In this document: in pieces, positions 18,021 to 28,182 of the stretch
How the letters are laid out: every line of letters starts with the position of its first letter
Position numbering within the stretch: the first letter of the stretch is position 1
NCBI GenBank assembly: GCA_039201605.1
Contig: JBCCRO010000004.1
Coordinates: forward strand, 178,621-242,620
Direction: 5' to 3'
DNA from: Actinomycetota bacterium
GTDB lineage: Bacteria; Actinomycetota; Acidimicrobiia; Acidimicrobiales; SZUA-35
Length of the DNA: 64,000 bases
Translations under genes and position numbers: made by a program
The notes under the pieces: model-generated
Told to the model about the DNA's origin: nothing
The model's input: the letters and a program-made list of their open reading frames with translations, nothing else
The model's database searches: none

Positions 18021-19574
18021 TCACACGATGCGGCTGTCCTTCTTACCCCAGTACTCGTCCTTGAGGATGCGCTTGTAGAGCTTCCCGGTGGGCAGGCGGG
18101 GCAGCTCGTCCCGGAAGTCGATCGATCGGGGCACCTTGTAGCGGGCGATGTGCTCCTCGGCGTAGGCCAGCAGCTCCCGGGCGAACTCCTCGGACGGCTC
18201 GACGCCCTCCTCGGGCTGCACGACCGCCTTGACCTCCTCACCCAGGTCTTCGTTGGGGACACCGAAGACGGCGACGTCGGCGACCTTGGGGTGGACGATC
18301 AGACAGTCCTCGATCTCCTGGGGGTAGATGTTCACCCCGCCGGCGATGATCATGAACGCCTTGCGGTCGGTCAGGAAGAGGTAGCCGCCCTCGTTCACCA
18401 TGCCCACGTCGCCCAGGGTCGACCAGTTGGGGTGCTCGGGATGGCGGGAACCCCGGGTCTTCTCCTCGTCGTTGTGGTAGCTGAAGGTCGGCTCGTCCCG
18501 CTCGAAGTAGATGGTTCCCGGCTCGTTCGGCGGGAGCTCCTCCCCCATCTCGTCGCAGATGCGGATGGCGCCGAGGATGGCCTTGCCGACGGTGCCGGGG
18601 TTGTCGAGCCAGTCCTGCGGGCTGCAGTACACGAAACCGTTCACCTCGGTGCCGGCGTAGTACTCGTGGATGACCGGCCCCCACAGGTCGAACATCTGCT
18701 TCTTCACCTCTACCGGGCACGGGGCGGCGGCGTGGACGGCCACCTGATGGCTGCTCCAGTCGTAGCCGGTGCGCTGCTCCTCGGGCAGCTTCAGCATGCG
18801 GGAGAACATCGTCGGCACCCACTGCGACATCGTGATCTTGTACTGGTCGATGTAGCGGAGGGCGAGCGCCGGGTCAAACTTCTCCATCACCACGACGGTG
18901 CCGCCGAGGGCCTGGATGCCGGTGGTGAAGCCGAGGGGGGCCGAGTGGTACATCGGTGCCGGCGACAGGTACACGGTGTCGGCGTTGGCCCCGAACAGGC
19001 CGCCGACGAGCATGGTGACGTTGTTGTGCTCGGCGTCGATCGAGTCGCCGCTGAGGGCCCGCTTGATGCCCTTTGGGCGGCCGGTGGTGCCGGAGCTGTA
19101 GAGCATGGCCTCGCCCCGAGGCTGCTCGGCCAGCGGCTCGGCCGGGTACTGGGCCACGGCGTCGTCGTAGGGCTCGAACCCGTCGACCGGACCGTCGACG
19201 GTGAGCAGGATCTTGCAGTCGGGGGCCATGGCCGGGATGGCGGCGGCCACGTCGGCCACCCCGGAGGAGACGAAGAGCGCCTGGGAGCCCGAGTCGTTGA
19301 TGATGTAGGCCGCCTCGTCGGGCTGGAGGTACCGGTTGATCGTGGTGAAGTAGAGGCCGGACCGGACGGCGGCCCAGAAACACTCGAAGTAGTGGATGTT
19401 GTTCTCCATGAAGATGGAGACGTGGTCGCCGGGCCGGAGACCGGCGGCGTGGAGCAGCTGGGCCAAGCGCCTCGACCGCTCCTCCAGCTCGGCGTAGGTC
19501 CGCTGTTCACCGCTGCCGGCCATGATCACGGCCGGCTTGTCGGGCGTGGTGTCTACGTAGCTACCGGGGTACAT
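18021..19574 (-). CDS. AMP-dependent acyl-CoA synthetase/ligase
   Basis: 517 aa with the AMP-binding signature LYSSGTTGRPKGI and the C-terminal LPRLPTGKLYKR. Confidence 0.9.
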   Translation of the reverse strand: MYPGSYVDTTPDKPAVIMAGSGEQRTYAELEERSRRLAQLLHAAGLRPGDHVSIFMENNIHYFECFWAAVRSGLYFTTINRYLQPDEAAYIINDSGSQALFVSSGVADVAAAIPAMAPDCKILLTVDGPVDGFEPYDDAVAQYPAEPLAEQPRGEAMLYSSGTTGRPKGIKRALSGDSIDAEHNNVTMLVGGLFGANADTVYLSPAPMYHSAPLGFTTGIQALGGTVVVMEKFDPALALRYIDQYKITMSQWVPTMFSRMLKLPEEQRTGYDWSSHQVAVHAAAPCPVEVKKQMFDLWGPVIHEYYAGTEVNGFVYCSPQDWLDNPGTVGKAILGAIRICDEMGEELPPNEPGTIYFERDEPTFSYHNDEEKTRGSRHPEHPNWSTLGDVGMVNEGGYLFLTDRKAFMIIAGGVNIYPQEIEDCLIVHPKVADVAVFGVPNEDLGEEVKAVVQPEEGVEPSEEFARELLAYAEEHIARYKVPRSIDFRDELPRLPTGKLYKRILKDEYWGKKDSRIV

Positions 19575-19715
19575 GCACTCTCCCTTGAACAGCGTCCGGA
19601 CACCCGTCGCCTCGACGGACCGGACTCGACATTAGGCAACCTCTGGTCGGCATGGCAGCAGGGATCCGTTTACCCTGCAAATTGAGACAGCCGACCGGGA
19701 CCGACGAGGGAGCAC

Positions 19716-20942
19716 GTGACCGCAGAGAACCGGCGTGTGAACGTGGCCGCCGACTTCCTGGCCGAGGCGGCGGAGGCCCGGGCGTCCTCCCAGCGGAACC
19801 GCAGTCGGCAGGCGCTGGCGCTCAGCGTGGCCATCGCCGTGGTGTGGCTGATCTTCGTGACCGTCAACGGCCACTGGCCCCGCGTGGTCGACCGGTGGGT
19901 CGCCGCCGTCACCATGATCTTCGGCTCGATCGTTGCCGGCTCCACCCCGCAGGGCGGCGGCGCCATCGCCTTCCCGGTCTTCACCAAAGTGCTGGACGTC
20001 CCGGCCACGGTGGCCCGTTCCTTCTCGCTGTCGATCCAGACGGTCGGGATGGGGGCGGCGGCCCTCTCGATCATCATCAGTGGGCGCCGCGTCGATTGGC
20101 AGGCCATCCGGGTCCTGGCCCCGGCGGCCGTGGTCGGCTTCCTGGGTGGTGCGTTCCTCCTCGGGAAGCCGGACGAGGTGTTCTGGCCTTCCACCCTCCC
20201 GGGCCCCTACGTCAAGGTCACCTTCACCATCGTGGTGGCCGCCATGGCGCTCCTGGTGTGGTTGTCGTCGCGATCGTGGGTGACCGAGAAGGTCGACATG
20301 CTCGACAACGGGTCGGCCCAGGCCTACTCGGTGCTCGTGGTGGCCGGCCTGGCCGGCGGTGTGGCTTCGTTCCTGGTCGGATCCGGGGCCGACGTGTTCA
20401 CCTACCTCGGCCTGGTCGCCCTCCTCGGCCTGTCGGCCGGTATCGGGGTGCCGACCAGCGTGGTCGTGATGGCGATCGTGTCGGCCGTCGGGTTCGGGTT
20501 GTTCGGCCTCATCGACGGTCAGCTGTCGATCACGTTGGTCGGCGATCAGGTGGTGGCCGTGGGCGGCGAAACGCTGGCCGAACCCCTCCCGGCCGACCGC
20601 TACGACCTCTACGGCCTGTGGTTGGCCGCGGCCCCCGTCGTCGGGTTCGGGGCCCCGCTGGGCTCGTGGCTGGCCTCCAAGGTCAGCGACCGCACCCTGG
20701 CCAAGGTCGTCGTCGGCCTGGCCAGCGCCGAGGTGCTGTCGACCATCGTCTTCCTCACCGAGCTCCGCACCGACCTGGCCCTGGCCGTCTACGGTGCGGT
20801 CGGCCTCACCCTCTTCTCCGCCGGTCTGGCCCTCGTCTTCCGGCGGCGCCACGAGTTGCTGGCCATCCCGCCCATCGACCCGACCCGGACCCTGCTCCCC
20901 CGACGGGCCACCCTCGACCACGAACGCCGCCTCGACGAATGA
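19716..20942 (+). CDS. TSUP (TauE/SafE-like) family integral membrane protein
   Basis: 408 aa with a GTG start and GGGAG 5 nt upstream. It is polytopic, and GSIVAGSTPQGGGAIAFPVF resembles the TSUP glycine motif. Its stop overlaps the kinase start (ATGA). Confidence 0.7.
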   Translation: MTAENRRVNVAADFLAEAAEARASSQRNRSRQALALSVAIAVVWLIFVTVNGHWPRVVDRWVAAVTMIFGSIVAGSTPQGGGAIAFPVFTKVLDVPATVARSFSLSIQTVGMGAAALSIIISGRRVDWQAIRVLAPAAVVGFLGGAFLLGKPDEVFWPSTLPGPYVKVTFTIVVAAMALLVWLSSRSWVTEKVDMLDNGSAQAYSVLVVAGLAGGVASFLVGSGADVFTYLGLVALLGLSAGIGVPTSVVVMAIVSAVGFGLFGLIDGQLSITLVGDQVVAVGGETLAEPLPADRYDLYGLWLAAAPVVGFGAPLGSWLASKVSDRTLAKVVVGLASAEVLSTIVFLTELRTDLALAVYGAVGLTLFSAGLALVFRRRHELLAIPPIDPTRTLLPRRATLDHERRLDE

Positions 20943-22321
20943 AGACCTTCGCCAACTACCGGCTCGTCCGCGAGATGGCGGCCGGCAACCACGGGACGTT
21001 CCATCTGGCCCATCCTCCGGCCGATCTCGGTCTCGACCAGGACACGGTGGCGATCAAGATCCTCGATCGCCACGCCAGCGACAACGAGTTCAAGCGGATG
21101 GCGGCCGAGCTCCAGATCCTGCTCGATCTCAACCACCCTCACCTGGTGCCCGTGCTCGACGCCGGCCACGATCAGGGGCGGCTGTACTACACCACGCCCT
21201 ACTACCCCGATGGTGGCCTGGGCGCCGGTCCGGCCACCGACCCCCGGCTGGTGGCGACGGTGGTGGCCGATGCCGCCGAGGCGGTCCACGCCCTCCACGA
21301 CCGGGGGGTGGCCCACCGTGACATCAAGCCGTCGAACATCCTGTTGGCCGACGGTCGGGGTCGCCTGGCCGACCTCGGGGTGGCCAACTACCTCGACGCC
21401 CGGTTCACGGCGACCGGGGCCCGCCCCGTCGGCACGCTGATCTACTCCGACCCCCGCCTGATCCACGGCGACTCCCCCGGTCGTTCCTCCGACATCTGGT
21501 CGTTGGGAGCGGCGCTGCACATGGCCCTGACCGGTCACTCGCTGATCGGCGAGATCCCCAACAGCCACCTGGCCGAGGCCATCGAATACGTCCTGAACGC
21601 CGAGCCCCTGATCCACCCCTCGTGTCCACCGGCTCTGGCCGCCGTGATCGGACGGGCGGCCCAGGTCGACCGGCTCGATCGCCACCCGACGGCCGAGGAG
21701 TTCGCCGCCGAGTTGCGGGCCTTCGCCGCCGAGCCCGGCGCCGCCCCCCGGCTCAGCTCGCCCACCGCGGCCGTCGATGACGACGAGGCGGCCAGCGGGT
21801 TCCCCCTGCACCGACGGGCCCCCACCCCCGACCTGGCGCCGTACGCCTACCCGATCCCGGTGATCGGGGCCCGCTCCGGGGCCGGTCACTTCAACCATCC
21901 CGAGGCCCGCCACTGTCGGGTCACCGGCCAACCACGGACCGAGGACGGCTCGTGGATCTCCGAACGCCGGACCCGACCACCTCTCGGCGTCCTCGTGGAC
22001 GACGAGGGGCGCAGCGTGGTCGTGCAGTGGGAGCTCGTCATCGGCCGCAAGACCGGGGTGGACCCGGCGGTGGCGGAGGGGACGGCGCAGGGCGTCGACC
22101 ATCCCGACCAGGTCACGATGTCCCGGGTGCACGTGCGGATCGCGGTCGACGGCTGGGACGTGCGGGCGGTCGACGAGTCGAGCAATGGCACCGGGCTGCG
22201 CCGTGACGGCGAGACGACGCCCCTGCCGACCGGCGAGCCGGTGCCCCTGCGCAGCGGCGACCAGTTGATCGTCGAGGGTCGCACCTATCACTTCCACAGC
22301 ACCGTCGACCGCACCCTCTGA
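20939..22321 (+). CDS. Ser/Thr protein kinase with C-terminal FHA domain
   Basis: 460 aa. Kinase motifs: VAIKIL, HRDIKPSNILL, DLG (a DFG variant), SDIWSLG. The C-terminal FHA signature is IGRK...MSRVHVRI...DESSNGTGL. No TM segment. The ATG overlaps the upstream stop. Confidence 0.85.
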   Translation: MKTFANYRLVREMAAGNHGTFHLAHPPADLGLDQDTVAIKILDRHASDNEFKRMAAELQILLDLNHPHLVPVLDAGHDQGRLYYTTPYYPDGGLGAGPATDPRLVATVVADAAEAVHALHDRGVAHRDIKPSNILLADGRGRLADLGVANYLDARFTATGARPVGTLIYSDPRLIHGDSPGRSSDIWSLGAALHMALTGHSLIGEIPNSHLAEAIEYVLNAEPLIHPSCPPALAAVIGRAAQVDRLDRHPTAEEFAAELRAFAAEPGAAPRLSSPTAAVDDDEAASGFPLHRRAPTPDLAPYAYPIPVIGARSGAGHFNHPEARHCRVTGQPRTEDGSWISERRTRPPLGVLVDDEGRSVVVQWELVIGRKTGVDPAVAEGTAQGVDHPDQVTMSRVHVRIAVDGWDVRAVDESSNGTGLRRDGETTPLPTGEPVPLRSGDQLIVEGRTYHFHSTVDRTL

Positions 22322-22347
22322 GCGCGTCCGTCGCCCGGCCCGCGCTC
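22320..22347. terminator. hairpin in convergent gap (GAGCGCG-N14-CGCGCTC)
   Basis: 7-bp stem starting within the kinase stop codon, between convergent genes. Confidence 0.25.
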
Positions 22348-22378
22348 GCCCCGGCCGGCCCGCGGCCGCTCGGGCGCC

Positions 22379-23239
22379 TCAGGCGGCGCCGATGATGGCC
22401 GAGGCGGTGATGGCGCCGGCGAGGCCCACCTGTTGCCAGCGGTTCATGCGTTCTTCGAGGAAGGCCCGGGCCAGGAGCACGGTGGCGATCGGGTAGAGCG
22501 ACGTCAGCACCGAGACGACGGCCAAGGGCACTCTGCTCGTGGCCCATAGAAAGGCGACGTTGGCCGCCGTGTCGAGGACGCCGACGGCCACAACCATCAC
22601 CACCACCACCGGCGAGCGGAGCCAGGAGAAGGCGGCCGAGGCGCCATGGCGGCGGTGGGTGGCCAGCAGGTAGAGGGCGAGGCCGACCCCGGTGGCGAAG
22701 CGGGCGCTCACCACGGGCCACGGGGCCGACGCAGCGCTGGTGGCGTCGAGGAAGACGAAGAAGCCGCCGAAGCCGGCCCCGGCCAGGAGTGATTCACCGA
22801 CGACAACTGCGGTGACCGGGGCCTCGCCCCCGGTCGGGGTGGAGCGCGAGACCAGAGCGATGGCGACCAGGGCCAGCACCAGTCCGGCGCCGACCGCCGC
22901 GCTCAGCCGTTCACCGATGACGAACCCCCACAGCGTCGGCACCACGGCGGCCGACACCGCCGTCACCGGGGCGACGACGTGCATCGGCCCGACGGCCAGC
23001 CGTCGATACAGGAACCACACACCGACGCCGCCCAGCAGGCCGCCGACGACACCGAGCAACAGATCGGTCATGGTCGCCGACGCCCCGGTGGCCAATGCGA
23101 AGAGCAGGCTGCCGAGGAGGCCGACGATGTGGGAGCCGGCCACGACCTGGATCGCACGCAGGCGTTTGGCGGCCACACCGCCTATGAAATCCCCAGCGCC
23201 GAACATGGCCGCCGCAAGAAGGCTGACGACGACGGCCAT
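22379..23239 (-). CDS. EamA/DMT-family transporter
   Basis: 286 aa with about 10 hydrophobic helices in two EamA-like halves. Confidence 0.85.
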   Translation of the reverse strand: MAVVVSLLAAAMFGAGDFIGGVAAKRLRAIQVVAGSHIVGLLGSLLFALATGASATMTDLLLGVVGGLLGGVGVWFLYRRLAVGPMHVVAPVTAVSAAVVPTLWGFVIGERLSAAVGAGLVLALVAIALVSRSTPTGGEAPVTAVVVGESLLAGAGFGGFFVFLDATSAASAPWPVVSARFATGVGLALYLLATHRRHGASAAFSWLRSPVVVVMVVAVGVLDTAANVAFLWATSRVPLAVVSVLTSLYPIATVLLARAFLEERMNRWQQVGLAGAITASAIIGAA

Positions 23240-23347
23240 GAGTCCTTTCGCCTGTTGAGAATGACTGACAAAAGATACCGGTCTAAGTATCGTGTTGGGC
23301 GTTGTCGGCGTTTACCGGGGAGAGGATCCGGGGCAACGAGGTGGGAT

Positions 23348-23884
23348 GTGACCAGTAGAGAGCGTCAATGGATCGTGGCCGGGCTGTGCAGTGTCGCCCT
23401 CGTCGCGTCCGCCGTTGTCGCCTTCGACCGTTCTCGCCAGCCCATCGACGCCAGCGGTGATCCGGTGTTCGGCGTCACCGCAGGTGACGGCGAGCCCACC
23501 GCCACGAGCGCCGAGTCCGATCTCGAGGTGGCCGAGGAGACCAACACCACCCAGGGCCTGGTCACCGTCCCCCTCGGGCCGACCGCCAGCACCACGGCCC
23601 CGGTCGACGCCGTCCGCTCGCCCTCACCCAGCCCTCGCCCCACGGCGGCGCCGAACTCGGCTCCCACCACGCCGACGGTCGATACGACGCCGACCACCGA
23701 GGATTCCACCACGGTGACCGACCCGACCAGTAGCGAGACCTCGGAGACCTCCGAGACGACCGCCACCACCGAGGACACGACGACGTCGAGTACCGACGAG
23801 GTGACCACCACCTCGGTCAGCCTCCCGATCGACACGCTGCCCACCCTTCCCCGACCGGGCCGCGGCGACAACGACGACGACTGA
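23348..23884 (+). CDS. membrane-anchored Thr/Ser/Pro-rich hypothetical protein
   Basis: GTG 23348 with GAGGTGG upstream. One N-terminal TM helix (WIVAGLCSVALVASAVVAF) is followed by about 140 aa of T/S/P/E low complexity (SETSETSETTATTEDTTTSSTDEVTTTS). G/C-rich third positions support coding. The 5' part of the track ORF (22979-) is an AT-richer intergenic region. Confidence 0.55.
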   Translation: MTSRERQWIVAGLCSVALVASAVVAFDRSRQPIDASGDPVFGVTAGDGEPTATSAESDLEVAEETNTTQGLVTVPLGPTASTTAPVDAVRSPSPSPRPTAAPNSAPTTPTVDTTPTTEDSTTVTDPTSSETSETSETTATTEDTTTSSTDEVTTTSVSLPIDTLPTLPRPGRGDNDDD

Positions 23885-24068
23885 TCCAGCCGCCCGTCGC
23901 AGGGGCTGGGCCGGACCGACGACCATCCACGATGGGGCGGTGCCGCAGGTGTCCGAGGCGCCCCACCGCTCGGTCCGAACCGGCACGGCCACCACTCCGC
24001 TGAGGCTGCTCCGAAGCGGCCGACCGCTGCTCGGAAACCCGGTCGGCTTCGATCTCGTGCGGGTGCGG

Positions 24069-24089
24069 GTCCGGTCGCTACGACCGGAC
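24069..24089 (-). terminator. 9-bp perfect hairpin with the esterase stop codon in its loop
   Basis: GTCCGGTCG-cta-CGACCGGAC. The 3-nt loop is the TAG stop on the minus strand. Confidence 0.3.
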
Positions 24090-25115
24090 GGCCGAGCAGA
24101 ACTCGGCCGCTTCGGCCAGCGCGAGATCCGCCTCGGGCAGGTCTCGGTGATAGTGCCAGGCGTGCCACAGCTCGGGCCACACGTCGAGGGTCACCTCGAC
24201 CCCGGCCGAGCGGGCCAGCCGGGCGAAACGGACCGCACCGTCGAAGCTGGAGTCGGCCGTGCCGACCTGCACCAGCGTGGGCGGGAGCCCACCCAGCTCC
24301 CCCCGCACCGGTGACACCCCGGGATCGGCCGGGTCGACGGCACCGCAGTAGGCGGCTCGGAGCCACTGCGCCGCCACGGAGTCGACGTCGGAGCGAGGAT
24401 CACGAGCCCGGGCGGCGTCGGACTCGGGGCCGTGGTCGAGGTGCGGCGACAGGAGCACCAGCCCGTCGATCCCGAACGGTGGTCGCTGGTGGGCCGGGGG
24501 ATCCCCGGCGGCCTCGGCCGCTCCCCGCACCCGCTGCAGCCGCTGGAGGGCGGCCACCACCAGCCCGGCCCCGGCGGAGTCGCCGGCCAACACCAGGGGC
24601 CTATCGGGCGGCGTCGTGGCGCTGACGGCCTCGACGACGGCCCGCACGTCCTCCACGGCGGCCGGATACGGCGCCTCGGGTGCCAACCGGTAGTCGATCG
24701 AGACGATCTCGCACCGGGCGGCGAGACGCTCGGTGATCGGCAGCGCCGTCGTGGGCGAACCGACGGCGTAGCCCCCGCCGTGGGCGTAGACCACCAGCGG
24801 CGTGCCCCCGGGCCCGCCGCCGCCACCGGCCGGAGCCTCCACGGCGGAGGCGGACCCGTGCGTCGCCAACGACGGCCCGGCCCGGAGCACGTCGACCCCG
24901 CCCACTCGATCCGGCCGATGACCGCAGGCCGCGGCCGACGGGTCACCCTCGAGCCACGCCCGATGCTCGGCGTGACGCCAGGCGGCCACGGCGACGTGGT
25001 CGTCGATCGGCGGCGGCCGCAGCGGGGCCGGGGACGGCCGAGCCAGGCGGGCTCGGGCCGCGGCCGAGAGCGACCAGCCTGCCTCCACCGCATCGGCTCG
25101 GTTGCCGTCGACCAT
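24078..25115 (-). CDS. alpha/beta hydrolase, hormone-sensitive-lipase-like esterase
   Basis: 345 aa from ATG 25115. It has the HGGG oxyanion motif (VVYAHGGGYAVG) and the GDSAG nucleophile elbow (LAGDSAGAGL). The longer track ORF runs antisense into the ACAD gene. Confidence 0.85.
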   Translation of the reverse strand: MVDGNRADAVEAGWSLSAAARARLARPSPAPLRPPPIDDHVAVAAWRHAEHRAWLEGDPSAAACGHRPDRVGGVDVLRAGPSLATHGSASAVEAPAGGGGGPGGTPLVVYAHGGGYAVGSPTTALPITERLAARCEIVSIDYRLAPEAPYPAAVEDVRAVVEAVSATTPPDRPLVLAGDSAGAGLVVAALQRLQRVRGAAEAAGDPPAHQRPPFGIDGLVLLSPHLDHGPESDAARARDPRSDVDSVAAQWLRAAYCGAVDPADPGVSPVRGELGGLPPTLVQVGTADSSFDGAVRFARLARSAGVEVTLDVWPELWHAWHYHRDLPEADLALAEAAEFCSAVRS

Positions 25116-25190
25116 CGCTCCATGATGGGCTGAGTGACCGTCACGGCCAACGCCACCCATGGCCCAGGTTCGACGCCGACGAGGAGCGCG

Positions 25191-26354
25191 ATGCACATCG
25201 ACGACAACCCCGACCACCAGGCCATCGTGGAGGCCGTCGACCGGGTCTGCGCCCGGTTCGACGACACCTACTGGTCGGACTGCGACACCGACCACCGCTT
25301 TCCCTGGGAGTTCTACAACGCCATGGCCGAGGGCGGCTGGGTCGGCATCGCCATACCCGAGGCCTACGGCGGAGGCGGTCAAGGCATCACCGAGGCGGCA
25401 CTGGTGCTCAACCGGGTGGCGGCCTCGGGGGCGGCGATGAACGGCTCCACCGCCATCCACCTGACGATGTTCGGCCTCAACCCGGTGGTGAAGTTCGGTA
25501 GCGAGCAGCTCAAGGAGGCCTTCCTGCCCCGGGCCGCCGCCGGCGATCTCCACGTCGCCTTCGGCGTCACCGAGCCCGACGCCGGCACCGACACCAGCCG
25601 CATCACCACCCGGGCCGTCGAGGACGGCCTCGGTGGGTGGATCGTGAACGGCCGCAAGATCTGGACCTCCAAGGCCCTGGAGTCGGAGGTGGTGCTGCTG
25701 CTGGTCCGCACCGACGGCGAACCCGGTGACGGCCTCGGCGGCCTCACCCTGTTCCTGGCCGACCTCGACCCCGAGCACGTCGACATCGCCCCCATCCCCA
25801 AGGTCGGTCGCAACGCCGTGGCCTCGTGCGAGGTGGCCTACGACGACCTACCGGTCGAGGGCTGGCGGATGGTCGGTGACCGGGGTCGCGGCTTCCATCA
25901 CATCCTCCACGGCCTCAACCCGGAGCGGATCCTGCTCGCCGCCATGGCCTGCGGCATCGGGGAGGTGGCCGTCAGGCGGGCCGTCGACTACGCCAACGAG
26001 CGATCGGTGTTCGACCGGCTCATCGGGTCGAACCAGGCGATCGCCCACCCTCTGGCCCAGGCCCACATGCAGCTCACGGGGGCCATGGCCGTCATGATGC
26101 GGGCCGCCGATCGCTACGACCGGGGCCTCGACTGCGGCGAGGAGGCCAACACCGCCAAGTACCTGGCGGCCGAGGCCGGCTACTTCGCCGCCGACCAGGC
26201 CCTCCAGACCCATGGCGGCCTGGGCTACGCCACCGAGTACCACGTCGAGCGCTACTGGCGGGAGGCTCGCCTCCAACGGCTGGCCCCGGTCAGCCAGGAG
26301 ATGAGCTGCAACTACATCGCCCAACGGGTGCTGGGCCTACCTCGAAGCTACTGA
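25191..26354 (+). CDS. acyl-CoA dehydrogenase
   Basis: 387 aa from ATG 25191 (GAGGAG upstream) with the ACAD signature FGVTEPDAGTDT. Confidence 0.9.
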   Translation: MHIDDNPDHQAIVEAVDRVCARFDDTYWSDCDTDHRFPWEFYNAMAEGGWVGIAIPEAYGGGGQGITEAALVLNRVAASGAAMNGSTAIHLTMFGLNPVVKFGSEQLKEAFLPRAAAGDLHVAFGVTEPDAGTDTSRITTRAVEDGLGGWIVNGRKIWTSKALESEVVLLLVRTDGEPGDGLGGLTLFLADLDPEHVDIAPIPKVGRNAVASCEVAYDDLPVEGWRMVGDRGRGFHHILHGLNPERILLAAMACGIGEVAVRRAVDYANERSVFDRLIGSNQAIAHPLAQAHMQLTGAMAVMMRAADRYDRGLDCGEEANTAKYLAAEAGYFAADQALQTHGGLGYATEYHVERYWREARLQRLAPVSQEMSCNYIAQRVLGLPRSY

Positions 26355-26362
26355 GTGGCCGG

Positions 26363-26824
26363 CTACCGGGCGTCGCCCGACGCACCGGCCAGGTGGCCGA
26401 GCAGGGCGTCCAGGGCCAGCTCATAGGAACGGGTCCCGAACCCGGCGACCACCCCGACCGCCACCGGAGTGATGACCGAGGTGTGGCGGAACGTCTCCCG
26501 GGCGTGGACGTTGGACAGGTGGGTCTCCACCACCGGCACGTCGATGCCGGCCACGGCATCGCGCAGGGCGTAGCTGTAGTGGGTGAGCGCCCCGGGGTTG
26601 AAGATCACGCCGTCGGCCCAGGTGCGGGACTCGTGCAGCAGATCGATCAGCACACCCTCGTGGTTGCTCTGCTCCGCCCGGAGCGACGCACCCCGCTCCG
26701 CCGCCGCCTTCTCCAACGAGGCGACCACGTCGGCCAGCGTTGTCGAGCCGTAGACGTCCGGCTCCCGCTCGCCGAGGAGGTTCAGGTTCGGCCCGTTGAG
26801 GAGTAGCAGCTGAAGGGTCACCAT
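26363..26824 (-). CDS. aroQ: type II 3-dehydroquinate dehydratase
   Basis: 153 aa starting [26 protein letters not shown], with HLSNVHARE. Confidence 0.9.
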   Translation of the reverse strand: MVTLQLLLLNGPNLNLLGEREPDVYGSTTLADVVASLEKAAAERGASLRAEQSNHEGVLIDLLHESRTWADGVIFNPGALTHYSYALRDAVAGIDVPVVETHLSNVHARETFRHTSVITPVAVGVVAGFGTRSYELALDALLGHLAGASGDAR

Positions 26825-26902
26825 CCCGAGCGTAGTGACGCCCACCGGGACCGACCCGGATATAGGTCGGCAGATGCGCCCGGCGGCGGCCAGACTCGGC
26901 GG

Positions 26903-28144
26903 GTGCGAACAACGCTGGGCCGGCCGTTCTGGACACTGTGGTCGTCCTATGCGACGTCGAACCTCGGTGACGGCCTCAACCTGGTCGCCTTCCCGCTCCT
27001 GGCCCTCGCTCTGACCGACGGGGCGACCGGGGTGGCCATCATCAGCGCTTTCCGGTACCTCCCGTTCCTGGTGATCGGCCTTCCCGCCGGGGTCATCCTC
27101 GACCGGTTCGGTCGACGTCGGGTGATCATCATCGCCCAGGCCGTCCGGGCGCTCGCCCTCCTCATACCCGTGATCGTGGTCGCCACCGGGTGGTCGCCGC
27201 TGGCCCTGTTGGCCCTCAGCGGGTTCGTGGTCGGCTCGAGCGAGGTGTTCACCGACGGCGGCATCCCGGCCCTGGTCCGCAACGTCGTGGCCGACGAACA
27301 CCTCGAACTGGCCAACGCCCGGCTCGGGGCCACCGAGATGACGGCCAACGCCATCGTCGGTCCACCGATCGGAGCGGCCCTGTTCGTCGTCGACCCGACG
27401 GCGCCGTTCCTCGCCTCGCTGGCCCTCTACGGCGCCTCGGCCTCGCTCCTGGTGCCGCTCGGCCGCGTCATCGCCCGGGGCGCCCGCCACCACGACGACG
27501 GCGATGAGGAGGTCGACTTCTCACTCGCCGAGCTCACCGCCGGTCTGCGCTACGTGCTCGGTCACCCCGTCGTGCGGCCCCTGGCCTTCGCCGTGGCGCT
27601 CTTCTCCTTCGTGGGGACCGCCACCGAGACCGTGCTGGTGATCCTGGTCGTCGACGAATTGGAGCTGTCGTCGTTCGCCTTCGGCCTGGTGGCCACCGCT
27701 TCGGCCGTCACCGCCGTCGCCATGTCCTTCGTCGTCACCCGGGTCATCGGCCGCTGGGGGCACGCCGCCAGCATGCGCTTCGCCGTGGTCACCTATGCGC
27801 TGGCCTCGATCCTGTTCGGCGTGGCCCCCGGTTTCGGGCTGCTCATCGTCGCCTCCGCCGTCGAAGGGGTGTCGATGCCGGCCTGGAACGTCGTCAGCAG
27901 CACCGTGCGCCAGCGGCTGGTGCCCGACCGGGTGTTCGGGCGGATGATGACGGCCTACCTCTTCGTCGCCTGGAGCATGCAGCCGGTGGGGGCGCTGGTC
28001 GCCGGCCTGGTGGCCGACCGCTGGGGCGCCGACAGGGTGTTCTACGCCGCCGCGGTGATCGTCGGCTCGCTGTTGGTGGTGGCCCGCCCCCTGTTCCGGC
28101 GGATCACGGCGGCCATGGCCGACCCGACGACGGTGCCGGGCTGA
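26903..28144 (+). CDS. MFS transporter (MFS_3/EntS-like)
   Basis: 413 aa with 12 predicted helices and the motif [17 protein letters not shown]. Confidence 0.85.
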   Translation: MRTTLGRPFWTLWSSYATSNLGDGLNLVAFPLLALALTDGATGVAIISAFRYLPFLVIGLPAGVILDRFGRRRVIIIAQAVRALALLIPVIVVATGWSPLALLALSGFVVGSSEVFTDGGIPALVRNVVADEHLELANARLGATEMTANAIVGPPIGAALFVVDPTAPFLASLALYGASASLLVPLGRVIARGARHHDDGDEEVDFSLAELTAGLRYVLGHPVVRPLAFAVALFSFVGTATETVLVILVVDELELSSFAFGLVATASAVTAVAMSFVVTRVIGRWGHAASMRFAVVTYALASILFGVAPGFGLLIVASAVEGVSMPAWNVVSSTVRQRLVPDRVFGRMMTAYLFVAWSMQPVGALVAGLVADRWGADRVFYAAAVIVGSLLVVARPLFRRITAAMADPTTVPG

Positions 28145-28182
28145 TCACCCCGCCGGGGCTCGGTTCGTCCCCAAGCGGGTCG

